From IMG/VR virus record IMGVR_UViG_3300025859_000003: a DNA stretch of 64,000 bases; one strand, written 5' to 3'. This document shows positions 17,425 through 26,110 of this stretch, piece after piece (the first letter of the stretch is position 1; every line of letters starts with the position of its first letter). The position numbers were made by a program, and so were the translations under genes. The DNA comes from a virus (taxonomy: Duplodnaviria > Heunggongvirae > Uroviricota > Caudoviricetes). The notes under the pieces were generated by a model. The model ran no database searches. It worked only from the letters and a program-made list of their open reading frames with translations, and was not told where the DNA came from.

Positions 17425-17778
17425 CTAGAAGACCAGCTCGACCATGACCGACCCCATGTCGACCATGGCTTCCTTGGCGTCATCCGGGAAGCCTTCAAGC
17501 CTGTTGTAGGCGTAGGCCAGGGATTCCCGCCAGAGTTCGGCGCTGACGCCGGCGTCGACCTGGTCGACCAGGAAATCGGAGCGGACCGATCCGATGTGCT
17601 GGTCGATCGCCTCGGAGCTGTCGAAGCCGTGCTCGACGAAGTATTCGCAGGCGCGAATGAATCCGGGGCGCTCCATGATCTTGATGACCTTGTCGTGGAC
17701 GTCCTCACGGCCCACGGTTTTGAAGACCTCTACGTTCCTGCGGAACTGATCGATGACCCGTTTGACCTTGGAATCCAT
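17425..17778 (-). CDS. hypothetical protein
   Basis: Track ORF to 17814; ATG 17778 preceded by AAAGGAGAAGG. Confidence 0.5.
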   Translation of the reverse strand: MDSKVKRVIDQFRRNVEVFKTVGREDVHDKVIKIMERPGFIRACEYFVEHGFDSSEAIDQHIGSVRSDFLVDQVDAGVSAELWRESLAYAYNRLEGFPDDAKEAMVDMGSVMVELVF

Positions 17779-17838
17779 GACCTTCTCCTTTGAAAGAAGT
17801 AATTTCCCTCTCACCTTCTTAGGCCATGGAACTTATGG

Positions 17839-18465
17839 CTAGTTGAGCCCCTTCTTCTTGTTCAGGAAGTCATCGAAGCGGCCACTGAGTGTCACTTCGT
17901 TCTTGATCTTGCCCCACTTGTTGGTTTCGGGATCAAGGCTCGGCTTGCCGTCCTGGTCGCGGGTGATATCGATGAACTTGGCCCAGTTGCCCCAGATGGT
18001 TTCCAGGGAGAACCAGACCTTTTCCTTGGCGCCGGGCATTTTCTCCATCGAGCCGTAGAGCTCTGTGTACAGCGTCCGGATGTTGATGACGACCCGGCTG
18101 ATCAATTTCAAGGCTTCTTGATCGGAGACCGCGATGTCGTTGAGTGTGATGTTCATGTGCTTCATGAAGCTGTCGTGGTCAGCGGCCCAGATCTCGGACA
18201 CGAAGAGGACAGCCTGGGTACCCTTGTCGCTGGCGGCCTTGCGGATGGCATCTCCAAGGATGTCTCGGTTCTTGCCTTTGGCCGGCGGCATGTCGATGGC
18301 GATGATGGTCCCCTCACCACTGCCGTCGATCACGATGGCTTCGGCAAAGCGGAGCTTGCCTTTTGCCAGGAACCATTCCTGGATGTGTTTGTCGAACTCC
18401 TCCACCTGTTTCTTGATTTGCTCAGGTAGGGGCACATTGGTGTCGATCAGGTCTTGGATTTTCAA
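17839..18465 (-). CDS. hypothetical protein
   Basis: 208-aa ORF, TTG start with AAAGGAGAAGAG. Confidence 0.5.
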   Translation of the reverse strand: MKIQDLIDTNVPLPEQIKKQVEEFDKHIQEWFLAKGKLRFAEAIVIDGSGEGTIIAIDMPPAKGKNRDILGDAIRKAASDKGTQAVLFVSEIWAADHDSFMKHMNITLNDIAVSDQEALKLISRVVINIRTLYTELYGSMEKMPGAKEKVWFSLETIWGNWAKFIDITRDQDGKPSLDPETNKWGKIKNEVTLSGRFDDFLNKKKGLN

Positions 18466-18561
18466 CTCTTCTCCTTTTCAAAAGGGTTTCGGTACACCTT
18501 CTTAGGCCATCTCAACCAACAGCTCTTGATAAAGACTTTGGACCAAGACGAACTAAAAAAC

Positions 18562-18951
18562 ATGACCAAGCCTACGATTGTAAGGGTTCCCGGATTAGCC
18601 GAATCGGTGGACAAACTAGGTGAAGCTTCCGAGAACAAGGTAATTGAAGAGATAGTTCAGGTCCTGGAACGTCTTGGCTTTGGCCCTCCACCAGATGGAG
18701 GCCCCGGAGGGTTTTATGTGTTGATAGGACAGGGAGATCCCAGACGCTCTGGCTCCTCTTCTGGAACACCAGACATTCTTGTTTTGACTACTGAGCGATG
18801 TTTTCCTTTTGAGGTGAAACGTCGAGATAGGAAGGCCCAGATGTCGGAAGCGCAATACGCCATGTGGGAGCGTGGGTGTCTACATGTCGTGAACTGCGCT
18901 GATCAGGTCCGGTCAGTGATACTAGGGGAATTGACAAAAACTATCAGATGA
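18562..18951 (+). CDS. VRR-NUC domain nuclease (PD-(D/E)xK)
   Basis: Track ORF 18454..18951, ATG 18562; GTPDILVLTTERCFPFEVKRRDRKAQMSEAQYAMWERGCLHVV fits VRR-NUC pattern G.PD...f.E.K...g.ls..Q..w...G; lone plus-strand gene inside minus block. Confidence 0.6.
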   Translation: MTKPTIVRVPGLAESVDKLGEASENKVIEEIVQVLERLGFGPPPDGGPGGFYVLIGQGDPRRSGSSSGTPDILVLTTERCFPFEVKRRDRKAQMSEAQYAMWERGCLHVVNCADQVRSVILGELTKTIR

Positions 18952-18952
18952 G

Positions 18953-18974
18953 GTAAGCCTCTACCGAGGCTTAC
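18953..18974 (+). other. perfect 9-bp stem hairpin after VRR-NUC stop
   Basis: GTAAGCCTC-TACC-GAGGCTTAC; no T-tract. Confidence 0.4.
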
Positions 18975-19116
18975 GTCACACCTAAAATCCAAAGTTTTAG
19001 TGAACGACAGCGAAGTTCAGGGCTTCTAAGGGAGCTCCGGCCAAAACTCTCGTTTGCACGGTGGTCACTGGATCGGACAGATTCTGTGCTGGTAAAAAGA
19101 AAAGCCCCGAAAGGGG

Positions 19117-19380
19117 CTATTCTTCTTCGATGTCGTTAGGGTTACCCAGCGGTCCTCTGCCCGCTCGTAAGAACAACCACCTGTCCAGCCACTCCCGTAG
19201 GACCTCGGCCTGGTCAGGGTTCAGCTCGATGTGGAAATGGTTCATCTTGTTGTTCATGTCCGGTGTGTACAGGAAAACGGCAATCGGTCCTTCCCCGTGA
19301 TCATCATGAGAGATCGAGAGATGGTCGTGATTCTCCGCCCGGATGACCTCGGTCATAGCGAACTTCTTCTTGTCAGACAT
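19117..19380 (-). CDS. hypothetical protein
   Basis: 87-aa ORF; terminator hairpin AGCCCC-GAAA-GGGGCT downstream. Confidence 0.45.
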   Translation of the reverse strand: MSDKKKFAMTEVIRAENHDHLSISHDDHGEGPIAVFLYTPDMNNKMNHFHIELNPDQAEVLREWLDRWLFLRAGRGPLGNPNDIEEE

Positions 19381-19418
19381 GCGTGATTCCTCGTGTAGTT
19401 ATTTTCGTGTGGCTTTAT

Positions 19419-19838
19419 TCAGGCCGACCAGTAGCTGCAGAGCAGCCAGGCCGGATCGGGAATCTGTCCAAGCTCCGGTTTCAGGAAGCCGGCCTGCTCG
19501 TTGATCATCTCCCAGGTATCCCGACCGATGTGTTTCCTCAGGAACTTCATGTACTCGACCTGCTCCTCGGGCTTGTTGAGGGGAAGCTGGATTCGGTGAG
19601 GGTAGCCGCGGCCACACTCCTGCACCGATCCCTTCACCGCCAGTACGTACATAGGTACACCGCCAGAGCAGTAGTTGACCATCTCGACGGGGAGCTCCTG
19701 CTTTTCCCCTCGCCCTTCCCACCAGGCTTCGAGAGCATCCTGACTGTTGCCGTAGCCCTCCTCGTCATACCAGGGAAACTCGGTTCCTTCGTCGAACGGA
19801 ATTCCCAGGCAAATGATGCCGTCTGTCGATACTCCCAT
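19419..19838 (-). CDS. hypothetical protein
   Basis: 139-aa ORF. Confidence 0.5.
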   Translation of the reverse strand: MGVSTDGIICLGIPFDEGTEFPWYDEEGYGNSQDALEAWWEGRGEKQELPVEMVNYCSGGVPMYVLAVKGSVQECGRGYPHRIQLPLNKPEEQVEYMKFLRKHIGRDTWEMINEQAGFLKPELGQIPDPAWLLCSYWSA

Positions 19839-20191
19839 CAGATGCTCCTTTTCTCTGGTGGCACGACCTCAAACCAAGGACATCCCATCTCCAGGATCGC
19901 ACACGCGATCATGCGATGGTTCCCTTCTCTGTCGACCGCAGCGTGTTTGACCCCGTTAGCTGCGATGTCCATCATCAGCTTTTGAATCAGAGGATTGCCC
20001 CCGTACGCGGCGTCCAGGTCGTAGTCAAATCGATCATGGATTTCGTCAGGGGTAAGAATCCGAAATCGGTACAACGCTTCACGGGCTCTGACACCCGGAT
20101 CCATTGTCAGCACGGCGTCTGACTTCTCTTGTTCGGTAAGGTCATCGTACGTGTAGACACGATCTTCAATGTACCGATCTTTTGCTTTCAT
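19838..20191 (-). CDS. hypothetical protein
   Basis: 117-aa ORF. Confidence 0.5.
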   Translation of the reverse strand: MKAKDRYIEDRVYTYDDLTEQEKSDAVLTMDPGVRAREALYRFRILTPDEIHDRFDYDLDAAYGGNPLIQKLMMDIAANGVKHAAVDREGNHRMIACAILEMGCPWFEVVPPEKRSI

Positions 20192-20574
20192 CGAGGGGCT
20201 CTCTTCTTGTGTCCCACCACATTAATGGCGGCCCGGCAGATCTTTTCTCCAGGGGTACCAGGCTCACTGCTGTCGAGGGTAACCCACCAGTTATCCTTCT
20301 CCGGACCGATTGTGATACCGAAGCCGCTACTGTCTGCGCCAGCCTCCCACGAGAACCCCAACACAACAAGACGGTCAAGTACCTCTACCGCATCCTCGAT
20401 GTTTTCTGTAGGGTCCCAGTATGACTTCGTCGGGCCGATGTCGTCTTCCCATCGGTGTACAAAGCTACCGTCCCAATAAGGTCCGGGGTCCCGAGCGGAT
20501 ACCTTGCCACGTCTCCAACCCATGACTTTCCGCGCCACAACCTCACGCAGCGCAACCCCTTTTAGATCGGTCAT
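20188..20574 (-). CDS. phage ABA-sandwich domain-like protein
   Basis: REVVARKVMGW ... W.P....DA.EVLD.L resembles Phage_ABA_S family (LD.LVAekvmGW ... aaAwevvekl). Confidence 0.45.
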   Translation of the reverse strand: MTDLKGVALREVVARKVMGWRRGKVSARDPGPYWDGSFVHRWEDDIGPTKSYWDPTENIEDAVEVLDRLVVLGFSWEAGADSSGFGITIGPEKDNWWVTLDSSEPGTPGEKICRAAINVVGHKKRAPR

Positions 20575-21041
20575 TCACCCTCCTCGCTATTGGTTTCGTT
20601 GGGGTTGAGAGGTAGCTGGCGGTCGAGCAGCGATTCTATGCGCTCCCGCAGTTTCTTGACTTCCCGTGCCGCCCGACGGTCATACGTGCCGGTGCCCTGG
20701 TCGTATTCAACGAATACTTCTGCCTCTTCCAGCGCCGCCCGCAGCTGCTCGTTTTCCTCGCGCAGTTTGCGGTATTCGGTAGGAGCGCTAAAGTTCAGCG
20801 CGGCCAAGCCTTCCACGCCAGGGTGGGCACTGCACAGTTCCGCCCGGTAGGCTCGGATGCCCTTCACGCAATGATGCCAGATGCGGTCAGAGTCCTGCCA
20901 CAGGGCCTGTGAATCCTGCAGCTTGGCGTTCTTGTCTTCAAGATCGGCGATGCGGGCCTGCAGCTTGGCGATCTCTGCATCACGCGGCCCCGCCGCCTCG
21001 CCGTAACCCTTGTCGAATCCTGCTGCGTGTTCGTAACTCAT
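20571..21041 (-). CDS. coiled-coil protein
   Basis: 156-aa ORF, heptad-rich. Confidence 0.5.
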   Translation of the reverse strand: MSYEHAAGFDKGYGEAAGPRDAEIAKLQARIADLEDKNAKLQDSQALWQDSDRIWHHCVKGIRAYRAELCSAHPGVEGLAALNFSAPTEYRKLREENEQLRAALEEAEVFVEYDQGTGTYDRRAAREVKKLRERIESLLDRQLPLNPNETNSEEGE

Positions 21042-21223
21042 TTCCCCTCCAGTCGCTGCATTTGGTGACTCACGGGCGGGCCGGGCTTGATACCGGCTGC
21101 GGGCTTTTTTAGGAACGCCCAGACGGTTAGCTAGGCCGTCCGCATTACAGGCCGAACCTGGCGCTTCACCTATCCCGTGACACAGAGGCCGCGTGTCCTT
21201 CCACGCCGCCGCCCGTGAGCCAT

Positions 21224-21511
21224 TTAGTAGTGCCGGTGAAGATAGGTCTCGGCGTTGTCCATCCAGTCTGCCATCTGGAGCATCACAGTGTTCTGGGCCT
21301 CCACCCGTTGTTTCAGCTCACGGATGTCAGCGCTCTGGGAGAAGTTCTGCCAGGCCAACAGGCCGATGATGATCACCCACACAACGTGCAGGCCGTGGAA
21401 GAACCCACCTTTGGGCTTGTTTGGTTTCTGGGGTACAGTCGGTACGGGTGTAATCTTGACGGGCATTCTGGCCTGACTCCGAGGCGGCGGAAGCACTACT
21501 TTGTGACGCAT
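21224..21511 (-). CDS. small TM plus coiled-coil protein
   Basis: Track ORF to 21616; ATG 21511 preceded by AAAGGAGA; central TM VVWVIIIGLLAW then coiled coil. Confidence 0.45.
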   Translation of the reverse strand: MRHKVVLPPPRSQARMPVKITPVPTVPQKPNKPKGGFFHGLHVVWVIIIGLLAWQNFSQSADIRELKQRVEAQNTVMLQMADWMDNAETYLHRHY

Positions 21512-21921
21512 GAATCTGTCTCCTTTACTTTGGTTAAATCTTCGAGCTTCTGAAGGCGGCGACATTCTTTTTTGGCCAGTTCCTTGGTCCTGAACAGGCT
21601 GGTTTCGGAGTAGCACGTTCCGGACACGACACCAGTCTCGTACATCATGTACTCAACCTTGTCGAAGGCTTTGTAGTGGGCCTCCGGCCGGCTCATCACG
21701 ATGGTAATCTGGCCGATAGTGTAGGGTCCGATGGCCATCCACTGATCAGGTATCCAGTTAGTGATATAACCTCGGTTATCGCATCCCTTACAGCTGAACT
21801 TGTTACGATCGAAGCCCGACATGTTACTGCATGACGGGCACGGTTCACGGACTTCTTTAGACCGGCGGCAAATGTAATACACCGTTTCACCGATACAGTA
21901 CTTGTGTTTGAGCGTAGGCAT
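21496..21921 (-). CDS. Cys-rich protein
   Basis: Track ORF to 21966; ATG 21921 preceded by GGAG; CPSCS...CKGCDNRGY. Confidence 0.5.
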   Translation of the reverse strand: MPTLKHKYCIGETVYYICRRSKEVREPCPSCSNMSGFDRNKFSCKGCDNRGYITNWIPDQWMAIGPYTIGQITIVMSRPEAHYKAFDKVEYMMYETGVVSGTCYSETSLFRTKELAKKECRRLQKLEDLTKVKETDSCVTK

Positions 21922-22127
21922 TAGTTCTCCAGTTTCAGTACGCTGCCGGTGGTGCTTTCGTCCCACCCGATTTCCTCATCGATTTCGGCTCCGGTCTTAC
22001 GAGAGAACTTCCAAGGTCCGCAGTGAATGTATTCATCAACGGCTGTCACCTTCAGCACCATCGGGATGGAGCCGGCAATCATCCTGGTGACGGTGTCGCC
22101 GACCTTGACATCTTCAAACTTACTCAC
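21921..22127 (-). CDS. small hypothetical protein
   Basis: 68-aa ORF. Confidence 0.4.
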   Translation of the reverse strand: MSKFEDVKVGDTVTRMIAGSIPMVLKVTAVDEYIHCGPWKFSRKTGAEIDEEIGWDESTTGSVLKLEN

Positions 22128-22130
22128 GGT

Positions 22131-22490
22131 TCAGTCTCCTTGGAAAATGCCGTCCGGCCGCATCTTGGCCAGGGCGATCAACTGCAGGAGAGGACGCTTG
22201 GCGTTCCCCTCCGTGGACTTCCAGTAGTCTGCGTCCACGTCGTCCTTTAGCGCGTCCGCGGCCTTCTGGAGCAGCGGAATGGCCTCGGCTCCGGTCATGC
22301 CGTAGATGACTCGGATGCCCTTCTCTTGGTCAAGGACGCGGTAGTAATGCGGAGCGTAGTTCCAGGTGATGTTCAGGTGGGCCGCAGTGGTACCGCCTAC
22401 GGCATACGTCCCACCACGCATGTGGTGCTTCTCGTCGAGCTCAATGACTTCTTTGGTCACGGGATCAACGAGCTTGATGTCGTAGCTCAT
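22131..22490 (-). CDS. hypothetical protein
   Basis: 119-aa ORF; GGAAAGGAGG RBS. Confidence 0.5.
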   Translation of the reverse strand: MSYDIKLVDPVTKEVIELDEKHHMRGGTYAVGGTTAAHLNITWNYAPHYYRVLDQEKGIRVIYGMTGAEAIPLLQKAADALKDDVDADYWKSTEGNAKRPLLQLIALAKMRPDGIFQGD

Positions 22491-22536
22491 AAAAACCTCC
22501 TTTCCTTGTTTCCTTAGACCGTAAAAAGAAGAGCCA

Positions 22537-23118
22537 CTAGGGCTCTTCTCTGGGGTTGAATGCCGATAAGTCCAGTGCCTTCGGGTTGGTGAGTTCCTTG
22601 ATCCGCTGACCTAAGGCCTCAATGGCGGCAGCTTCAGGTTCCTCGTTCTCGTCGACGCCTTCAAGCATGGCCTCGTAGAGCTGGGCCTTCTCCTGGATGT
22701 ACAGCTCCCGGAAGTCCGGCTCCAGGGTCTCCACGTCCTGCAGGTTGTCCAGGACGTCGCAGCACTTCACGATCCTGGCGATCATCGGCGCCACCTTCAT
22801 CTTGCGGCACACCTCGTCCTTGCGCTCCATCCTGGAGCCGGTGTGCCACGATGGATCGGTCAAGAAGTAGATGTTGCGAGCGACAGCCCGGCTGAACTCC
22901 TTGACGATGATCTCGATGGTGGTGTTCCTGTCGTCCTCGACGGTATCGTGCAGCCAGGCCACGATCACACCAAACTCGCGGAGCTTGTGGTCCTTCAGGA
23001 ATCCTTCAACCATGGCGGCAACACGCTGAGGGTGAACGATGTATGGCGTCTTGCTGTTCTTGCGGAACTGACCTTCATGGGCCTTGGCCGCATACCTGGA
23101 AGCCTTTTCGATACTCAT
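22537..23118 (-). CDS. HD-domain (p)ppGpp hydrolase (small alarmone hydrolase, SpoT/Mesh1-like)
   Basis: AAKAHEGQFRKNSKTPYIVHPQRVA ... WLHDTVEDD ... CCDVLDNL matches RelA/SpoT hydrolase HD motifs (A..AH.GQ.R..G.PYI.HP..VA, LHDV.EDT, L.D.L.N). Confidence 0.7.
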   Translation of the reverse strand: MSIEKASRYAAKAHEGQFRKNSKTPYIVHPQRVAAMVEGFLKDHKLREFGVIVAWLHDTVEDDRNTTIEIIVKEFSRAVARNIYFLTDPSWHTGSRMERKDEVCRKMKVAPMIARIVKCCDVLDNLQDVETLEPDFRELYIQEKAQLYEAMLEGVDENEEPEAAAIEALGQRIKELTNPKALDLSAFNPREEP

Positions 23119-23130
23119 GTAAATCCTCCT

Positions 23131-23478
23131 CTATATCAATAGTGATCCAATTACTATTAGCAGCAGAGCAATCCCTCCTATTACTAGAGCCGGGCGACCA
23201 AAAATCCACCACCACCACCTAAAACTATGATCGTTGGTGTCGTCGGTGTACGGCTTATAAACCGGATGGGGTTCTATGGATTGATAGCCATTCATGTATC
23301 TAACGGCGGTCTTATGGCTAAACTCCCACTTATTCCCTCGCGAGTCGGTGTAATCCGGCCCCTTTGGACCAACAAATGCTTGGACAACGGCGAGGACGAC
23401 AAGGCCGATGAATAGCCAAAGGATACAAATGAAGAAAACTAATATAGCCCAAATAACTACTTTAGCTTCTGTAGACAT
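23131..23478 (-). CDS. membrane protein
   Basis: 115 aa, TM helices at both ends, WWWW motif. Confidence 0.5.
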   Translation of the reverse strand: MSTEAKVVIWAILVFFICILWLFIGLVVLAVVQAFVGPKGPDYTDSRGNKWEFSHKTAVRYMNGYQSIEPHPVYKPYTDDTNDHSFRWWWWIFGRPALVIGGIALLLIVIGSLLI

Positions 23479-23532
23479 GTAAGTCTTTCTCTACTTCCTT
23501 AGCTCGTAAAAAGGAGCCCCTGGGGGAGCTCC

Positions 23533-23739
23533 TTATAGCTGATAAGATATTCCATCGGACCTAACAACCCATACTTGTTTGATTGGAATAGGTGGACCCG
23601 AAGGAAAGCTCGAAGTCAGATTAACTGGCCGGAAACTGATTCCATAGCCAAGAGCCGCTTTGACAACAAGCATGTTACGTTTACGCTTTTGAAACCTGCA
23701 AAGACGAATTTCTCCTGGGGTTCTATCTGAAGAAGTCAT
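23533..23739 (-). CDS. small hypothetical protein
   Basis: 68-aa ORF. Confidence 0.3.
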   Translation of the reverse strand: MTSSDRTPGEIRLCRFQKRKRNMLVVKAALGYGISFRPVNLTSSFPSGPPIPIKQVWVVRSDGISYQL

Positions 23740-24232
23740 GCTCTGTTTCCTTGGCTTTTGTGTTGCGGATCACCTGTCGAATGAGTTCTTCCTCCAACTC
23801 CTGGTCGGTCATGCCCGCTATCTCTTCACGACGAACCTCTAGTTGTGACTTGATTTTTGGATCTTTTTTCATTGCGTCTTTAAGATCCTGATATGAGATA
23901 CCAGAAAGACCACGACGCATGAGCCCAATAGCTACTTCAATTGAAACACTTTCAACCAGTAACTCGTATACCCTGGTTTCCTTGGCCACGCGTCTAACTT
24001 TTTCCAGTTCTACCTGTCGAAAATCTTCGTCTTCGGAACTACCCGATAAGTTAACTTCTATCTTTTCTTCTCGTTCCTTTAACTGTTCATATGTTCGATT
24101 GTCCCGGCGTATGCGCTCTTCCACCTGTTTCGGACTTTCCGATGGTTGGGCATTCGATTCAAAACATGAACATAACACGGCTGACCCAGAACATAGCAAA
24201 ATAAGCAAAACCAACGTTTTCATGACGTTCAT
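23723..24232 (-). CDS. secreted/lipoprotein-like coiled-coil protein
   Basis: Track ORF to 24322; ATG 24232 (MNVMKTLVLLILLCSGSAVLCSC signal peptide with Cys) then charged coiled coil. Confidence 0.5.
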   Translation of the reverse strand: MNVMKTLVLLILLCSGSAVLCSCFESNAQPSESPKQVEERIRRDNRTYEQLKEREEKIEVNLSGSSEDEDFRQVELEKVRRVAKETRVYELLVESVSIEVAIGLMRRGLSGISYQDLKDAMKKDPKIKSQLEVRREEIAGMTDQELEEELIRQVIRNTKAKETEHDFFR

Positions 24233-24819
24233 GGTGCTGCCTCCTCGTCTTCCCAGTACTCCAACGGGTAATCCACGGAATCCCATCGGTAGGTTGCCCA
24301 GCCTTTGTCTGCGATCTTCCACCTTCTCCAGGCGCGTTCAGACGGCTCACGAGTCCACATATCTCCGCGGCGATCTACTTTGAACTGCCGTCGGTGGTAG
24401 TCTTCCACTACATAGCCGAGAGCAAGAAGCTCACAGACGTCCCGGTCTGTTGGTTCTCTGAGTGTTCCGGAGCGGCCCCATTTTTCTTTGGGATCGACAA
24501 CTACTTCCTTCTCGACAATCACCTCTTTCTCGATGACTACCGGCCTTTCGACAATCACCGGTTTCTCGATGATTACCGGCTTATCCACCGTTCGTTCAAC
24601 CGTCACCGTCTTCTCGACAATCACCGGTTTTTCGACGGTGACGACGGTGGGATTCCCTGGACCGATCTGGGTGTGGGATACCTCCGTTCTGTGGTCAACG
24701 CGCAGGAAAAGCAGTGCGATGATCACGACGAACATGGTGCTCATCAGCCCCATCCCGTAGAGGATGTATCGTTGCGATCCTTCCTTTGGAACAGCAGATC
24801 CATAAGGGATTGAACTCAT
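24229..24819 (-). CDS. TM protein with tandem EKPVIVE-type repeats
   Basis: N-terminal TM; repeats EKPVIVEKTVTVERTVDKPVIIEKPVIVERPVVIEKEVIVEKEVVV encoded by about 15-nt tandem DNA repeats (around 24480-24660). Confidence 0.5.
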   Translation of the reverse strand: MSSIPYGSAVPKEGSQRYILYGMGLMSTMFVVIIALLFLRVDHRTEVSHTQIGPGNPTVVTVEKPVIVEKTVTVERTVDKPVIIEKPVIVERPVVIEKEVIVEKEVVVDPKEKWGRSGTLREPTDRDVCELLALGYVVEDYHRRQFKVDRRGDMWTREPSERAWRRWKIADKGWATYRWDSVDYPLEYWEDEEAAP

Positions 24820-24894
24820 GACGTTCTCCTTTGGGGTATTGAATTTCTCCTATCCTCTTAGACCGTAAAAAAGGAGCCCCTAAGGAGCTCCTTG

Positions 24895-24915
24895 TGGCTG
24901 CAGAGTCTGCCGCCA
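24895..24915. repeat. 21-bp palindrome copy
   Basis: TGGCTGCAGAGTCTGCCGCCA. Confidence 0.65.
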
Positions 24916-24916
24916 T

Positions 24917-25177
24917 TTAGGTGGTGACGGGCTTTTTGCCGAGGCATTCGATGGTCAGATCGACGAAGTCTCGCAGGTTCTCCAGCTGGTTCAGGCTGAG
25001 AGCGTCGTCGCCCTCGATGAGGGCTCTCGCGGTCATGACGAGCTCACCGCGGCCGTACTCGCGTTCACCATCGTCCGCTGATCTCATGGCATCAGCGACC
25101 AGCGCGGCGGCTTTGATCACCTGAACAGCCATCCAGCGTTCACGTTCTGTTGGTCCGATATCTTTGGCGATAGCCAT
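24917..25177 (-). CDS. hypothetical protein
   Basis: Track ORF to 25216; likely start MAIAKD. Confidence 0.45.
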   Translation of the reverse strand: MAIAKDIGPTERERWMAVQVIKAAALVADAMRSADDGEREYGRGELVMTARALIEGDDALSLNQLENLRDFVDLTIECLGKKPVTT

Positions 25178-25187
25178 GGTTTCTCCC

Positions 25188-25409
25188 TTACTTGATCTTG
25201 GTGAACGGGTAGACACCCTTCACCTTGCGGTGGAAATACCCGCCGACGCTCTCGGCCGACTTCATTCCCTCGAATACCTCGACGGGAACATTGTTGTAGC
25301 TGTAGAGTCCGCCGCCGATGAACTGCACCTGCATCTTCCCGTTCTTGTAGCCCACGGCGGCGATGTTGCTGGACTTGACGGGTATCATTTCGATCTTTTC
25401 GTTGCTCAT
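25188..25409 (-). CDS. KTSC domain protein
   Basis: VKSSNIAAVGYKNGKMQVQFIGGGLYSYNNVPVEVFEGMKSAESVGGYFHRKVKGVY matches KTSC pattern (SSni..vgY....L.V.F..G.vY.Y.gVp..v...f..A.S.G.yfn..i). Confidence 0.6.
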   Translation of the reverse strand: MSNEKIEMIPVKSSNIAAVGYKNGKMQVQFIGGGLYSYNNVPVEVFEGMKSAESVGGYFHRKVKGVYPFTKIK

Positions 25410-25412
25410 GAT

Positions 25413-25655
25413 TTACCTCGGGGCCAAGAGTTGTTTGTCTACCTCGGTCAGCACGGAGTTCAGCTTCTCGTAAAGAGACGGAGCTTCTTTGAGGTTGTTC
25501 TCCAGGAGTTCTTCCAGGACCTTGAACGCTTTATCTGTCTTCTCACCTTTGTACTCTTTGATGTCCTCACGAAGATCTTTTTCGGCATCGATGTTATCCA
25601 TGTACGCATCTGTTGCGTCACGGAGTCTTTTCAACAAATCTCTGTCTGTGCTCAT
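25413..25655 (-). CDS. small hypothetical protein
   Basis: 80 aa. Confidence 0.45.
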   Translation of the reverse strand: MSTDRDLLKRLRDATDAYMDNIDAEKDLREDIKEYKGEKTDKAFKVLEELLENNLKEAPSLYEKLNSVLTEVDKQLLAPR

Positions 25656-25657
25656 GA

Positions 25658-25891
25658 TTATTCATTCTCCTCAGCAGGCGCGTACTTCGTGTAGTCGCGG
25701 TACTTGCCCAATTCCATCAGGTCGTTCATTTCGTTTTCAAGCTCGCCGACGCGAAGCTCTTCCTCCTCATCCACCTCGGCGTTGTCCAGGTCGAGAATCT
25801 CCACGTTGAAGTCAAGATCGGCCGGCCCTACCACCGCGGTCAGGCAGCCGCCCTCAATGCAGATGTACAGCTTCTTCTTGTCCTTACTCAC
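25658..25891 (-). CDS. small acidic protein
   Basis: 77 aa. Confidence 0.45.
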   Translation of the reverse strand: MSKDKKKLYICIEGGCLTAVVGPADLDFNVEILDLDNAEVDEEEELRVGELENEMNDLMELGKYRDYTKYAPAEENE

Positions 25892-26098
25892 TTAGATCAG
25901 TCCTTTCTGTTCAGCAATCCAGGTTGTGATGGTCATCTCGATCATGTCTCCTTTGGAAGGAGAATCGTCACCATCAAGGATCTGGCTTATGGGGATCCAT
26001 TCCTTACCGTGACCGTCGATGTCGATCAAGATGGCCTTGTCCGTGACGGCGCAGACCTCACCTTCGATCTCGAATGCTTCATCATCTTCGAAGTTCAT
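25892..26098 (-). CDS. small hypothetical protein
   Basis: 68 aa. Confidence 0.45.
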   Translation of the reverse strand: MNFEDDEAFEIEGEVCAVTDKAILIDIDGHGKEWIPISQILDGDDSPSKGDMIEMTITTWIAEQKGLI

Positions 26099-26110
26099 CG
26101 GTCTCCTTTG

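Noticed and set aside
25164-25694. 176-aa plus-strand ORF
   Set aside because: Antisense to the KTSC gene and its neighbour and has no RBS.
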